From: Vicugna vicugna
Lineage: Eukaryota
DNA length: 64,000 nucleotides
Assembly: GCA_013265495.1 (NCBI GenBank)
Contig: MU058337.1
Location: 1,418,777-1,482,776 of the forward strand
Direction of reading: 5' to 3'
Each line of letters opens with the position of its first letter. Within the stretch, counting starts at the first letter, position 1. Shown here piece after piece: positions 63,852 to 64,000 of this stretch. The notes beneath the pieces were generated by a model. The model was not told the DNA's origin, made no database searches, and saw only the letters and a list, made by a program, of their open reading frames with translations. Position numbers and translations under genes: made by a program.

Positions 63852-64000
63852 GTGAGCCCCGCGGGGGGAGGGGCCGGGAGCTGGGGAGCGGGGTGGGGGG
63901 TGGCGTGGGGAGAGGAGAGGGGGCTGGCGGGGGGAGTAGGGGGTAGAGTTGGGTGGTGGGGAGGGGGCAGTAGGAAGTGGCGTGGGGGGAGTGGGAAGTG
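63852..64000 (+). other. ARGLU1: Start of ARGLU1 intron 1, dense G-runs
   Basis: GTGAGC donor followed by more than a dozen G3-G7 tracts to the window end. Confidence 0.85.

Larger units (their letters stand above)
62600..64000. promoter_or_regulatory. CpG island / ARGLU1 promoter, 5' UTR and exon 1
   Basis: Abrupt rise in GC and CpG density relative to the CpG-depleted upstream DNA; GC boxes GGGGCGGGG at ~63149 and ~63218; several CGGAA ETS cores (~63083, 63162, 63182, 63497); E-box CACGTG at 63456-63461; no obvious TATA box. Confidence 0.93.

Noticed and set aside
63505..63855. ARGLU1 as a complete 116-aa gene or processed pseudogene
   Set aside because: The apparent stop lies in the GTGAG splice donor and is followed by intron-like G-rich sequence; an intact CpG-island promoter is present.

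Overview
Mammalian genomic DNA, most likely camelid (alpaca/llama/camel), inferred from three copies of a tRNA-derived Vic-1-type SINE and no recognisable Alu, Bov-A/BovB or PRE-1 elements. The only protein-coding sequence I can support is ARGLU1 exon 1 (+ strand, ATG 63505, splice donor after 63851), inside a CpG-island promoter from about 62.6 kb to the window end. The first ~62.5 kb look intergenic: ancient MIR, L2, L3, L1M/HAL1, MaLR/ERVL/ERV1 LTR and hAT-Charlie remnants interleaved with repeat-free blocks that may be enhancers. From recalled human synteny this would be the gene desert between NALF1/FAM155A and ARGLU1-EFNB2. I did not find a convincing new biological system. The best leads are antisense splice donors suggesting a spliced divergent transcript from the ARGLU1 promoter, an in-frame stop overlapping the ARGLU1 exon-1 donor followed by G-runs, an orphan frame-preserving exon candidate at 5381-5575/5590, a minus-strand 13-nt micro-exon motif, and several nested or abortive retrotransposition events. 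Repeat family names are from recall of consensus sequences, not a database search, and repeat boundaries are approximate.
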